Shown here: piece by piece, positions 62,419-64,000 of the stretch
Position numbering within the stretch: position 1 is the stretch's first letter
How the letters are laid out: every line of letters starts with the position of its first letter
Notes under the pieces: generated by a model
Databases searched by the model: none
Told to the model about the DNA's origin: nothing
Seen by the model: only the letters and a program-made list of their open reading frames with translations
Position numbers and translations under genes: made by a program
DNA from: Chloroflexota bacterium
Lineage (GTDB): Bacteria > Chloroflexota > Anaerolineae > Promineifilales > Promineifilaceae
NCBI GenBank assembly: GCA_014584575.1
Contig: JACTMP010000063.1
Coordinates: 1 to 64,000 of the forward strand
DNA length: 64,000 bases
Direction: 5' to 3'

Positions 62419-64000
62419 GCGACTTCCAAGAGCATTCCCTTTCGGAGGATGAAATCATCCCTTTTATGTCTTTTGTTTCGTTTCGGGATACCCACCGGGA
62501 CTTGTTGAAACAGCGCCGCGAAGAGAAGAAGGAGCATGGAGAGGAAACACCAGACTTCTGGACGGCCGTAGACGAGTTCCTGAAACGGGGCCGCGCCGCT
62601 GGCGCATTTCTGGACGAGGACAGCGACCGGGAAGCGGCGCAAAATCTGCTCGATTACTGGGAGACACAACTCTTTCACGCCGGTCGGGATATTCCCGACA
62701 TGATCCTGGCTGAATTTAACGCCAGCCTCCAGCCAGAAATCCCCGATGATCGCTGCCCCTACGTGGGGCTGAACGCCTTTGACATCAACAACCAGCATCA
62801 GTTTTACGGCCGTGACCAACTCATCGGCGAACTGCTCAATCAAGTGCTCGTCAGCCGGTTGGTCACCACCATTGGCCCCTCCGGCAGCGGCAAGTCGTCG
62901 GTGGTATTAGCCGGGCTGCTGCCCCGCCTCAAGGCAGGGGAACTGCCTGGCAGCGCCTTGTGGAACTACTTTCCGGTCATTGTGCCCGGTTCTGCCCCCC
63001 TCACCGCCCTGGCCCGCCTGCTCCAGCCCGCAGATACCAACACGCCCACCTGGATAGTGGAAAACACCGAAAAACTGCGTGATGATACCAACCACCTCAC
63101 CACCCTGGTGGAAAATTTTAGCCAGGAAGCCTCCGTGCTTGTCATTGACCAGTTCGAAGAGACCTTCACCCTTTGCCACGACGAAGAAGAGCGCAACGCT
63201 TTTCTGGAAAACTTGCTAAACCTGGTTCGCTCTCGTGATACACGCCATGTGGTCATCTTAACCATGCGGGTAGATTACGAGAGTTACCTGACCAAAGCAC
63301 CCCTGTTTCACTCATTGGTCGAGCAGGGACAGGTGCGCGTCAGCGCCATGAACACCGCCGAATTGCACGAGGCTATCGAAAAACCGGCGGCGGCCGTCGG
63401 GCTAAAATTTGAAGAAGGGTTGGTGGACGCCGTTGTCCGCGAGATTGTTGGTGAACCGGCAGCGCTGCCGCTGCTGCAATTTGCCCTGTTGCAATTGTGG
63501 GATAACCGCGAGCGCAACCGCGTCACCTGGGAAACCTACCGCCGGTTGGGTGGCGTCATGCAGGCATTGGCCAACACCGCCAACCAAATTTACGATAATT
63601 TGCTGCCCGAAGACCAGGTAACGGCGCGGCGCATCCTGCTGCGCCTGGTGCGCCCCAGCGAAGGGCTGGAATTCACCCGCCGCCGTGTGCCCGTCCAGCA
63701 GATTTACCAGGCTGGCGAAGCCCACGACCGGGTAGACCGTGTCCTGGAAAAATTGATACAGTCACGGCTGGTGCGCCGCACCAGTGGGCACACCGAAGAA
63801 GATGATCAAATTGAAGTAGCCCACGAAGCATTGGTGCGTAACTGGCCGCGCCTGGTGGACTGGCTGGATGAGGAACGTATTCGCCTGCGGCACCGCCTGC
63901 GCTTCACCGACCAGGCTGAACAGTGGGACGCGCTGAACCGGGACGAGGGGGCGCTGCTGCGCGGCGCTCTCTTGCAGGAGGCGCTGCAATATGAAGACCT
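62415..64000 (+). CDS. nSTAND-type P-loop NTPase (CPYxGL-FxxxDxxxFFGR ... GPSGSGKSS), 5' part; continues past the window end
   Basis: Not in the ORF track because there is no stop inside the window. Translation from the ATG at 62415: ...DDRCPYVGLNAFDINNQHQFYGRDQLIGELLNQVLVSRLVTTIGPSGSGKSSVVLAGLLPRL..., then Walker-B-like LVIDQFEE and a helical domain. Family assignment is from memory of cyanobacterial/Chloroflexi WD40/TPR-fused NTPases. Confidence 0.55.
   Translation, partial: MSDFQEHSLSEDEIIPFMSFVSFRDTHRDLLKQRREEKKEHGEETPDFWTAVDEFLKRGRAAGAFLDEDSDREAAQNLLDYWETQLFHAGRDIPDMILAEFNASLQPEIPDDRCPYVGLNAFDINNQHQFYGRDQLIGELLNQVLVSRLVTTIGPSGSGKSSVVLAGLLPRLKAGELPGSALWNYFPVIVPGSAPLTALARLLQPADTNTPTWIVENTEKLRDDTNHLTTLVENFSQEASVLVIDQFEETFTLCHDEEERNAFLENLLNLVRSRDTRHVVILTMRVDYESYLTKAPLFHSLVEQGQVRVSAMNTAELHEAIEKPAAAVGLKFEEGLVDAVVREIVGEPAALPLLQFALLQLWDNRERNRVTWETYRRLGGVMQALANTANQIYDNLLPEDQVTARRILLRLVRPSEGLEFTRRRVPVQQIYQAGEAHDRVDRVLEKLIQSRLVRRTSGHTEEDDQIEVAHEALVRNWPRLVDWLDEERIRLRHRLRFTDQAEQWDALNRDEGALLRGALLQEALQYED

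Noticed and set aside
1-64000. tRNA, rRNA, transposase/IS elements, integrases, phage structural genes.
   Set aside because: I scanned the intergenic gaps (none longer than ~250 bp) and found no T-loop-like GTTCGAATC/GGTTCRANTCC motifs in cloverleaf context. No ORF has a DDE/HTH transposase or tyrosine-recombinase motif I could recognise.

Overview
This is a GC-rich (about 60%) bacterial chromosomal segment, densely coded on both strands. I could not place the organism. Cyanobacterium-like and Chloroflexi-like signatures are present: tandem heptamer repeats resembling STRR (short tandemly repeated repetitive) elements, an octamer palindrome comparable to cyanobacterial HIP1, and an nSTAND-type NTPase.

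Housekeeping genes I recognise: holB, a DEAD-box helicase, coaX, manA, gpmI, cls, and several ABC exporters. Other annotated modules:
- A membrane-microdomain cluster: NfeD/YqiJ-like protein, flotillin, PspA-like protein and a small K-channel-like gene.
- A secreted-protein cluster: an S8 subtilase, pre-peptidase C-terminal (PPC) and Pmp/CSLREA beta-helix proteins, and a BTAD-STAND-TPR regulator. The subtilase 3' end plus its terminator is duplicated about 2.4 kb downstream.
- A low-GC restriction-modification island (MTase plus candidate endonuclease).
- A second restriction-modification locus: PLD/BfiI-like endonuclease, two SPPY MTases, and a truncated RM-like N-terminal stub.
- A vapBC module with a frameshifted vapC, bracketed by about 58 bp direct repeats.
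- lutB/lutC-like genes split by an SLC13 permease and a four-helix-bundle gene that sits between inverted heptamer arrays.

Sequence-level signatures across the window:
- The palindromic octamer ACGGCCGT is hyper-abundant, roughly 150 copies by eye, in all three reading frames and in intergenic DNA. It is absent from the low-GC R-M island.
- At least six families of tandem heptamer arrays occur, often as head-to-head inverted arrays forming long hairpins at gene ends.
- Two copies of an about 88 nt MITE-like palindromic element, and two copies of a CATCCTCAGATGC palindrome.

The best candidate for a novel system is the terminal two-gene operon at 61090 to >64000, driven by a near-consensus sigma70-like promoter: a protein with a death-like EAD-type N-terminal domain, translationally coupled (ATGA overlap) to a CPYxGL/GxSGSGKSS nSTAND-type NTPase. 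That layout fits the Aravind-type NTPase-centred conflict systems. Second candidates are the recurrent N-terminal GQP/GFW module plus IYLPxT(I/V)(K/R) tail in the secreted proteins, and the decayed and duplicated RM/secreted-protein region at 39.1-46.4 kb.
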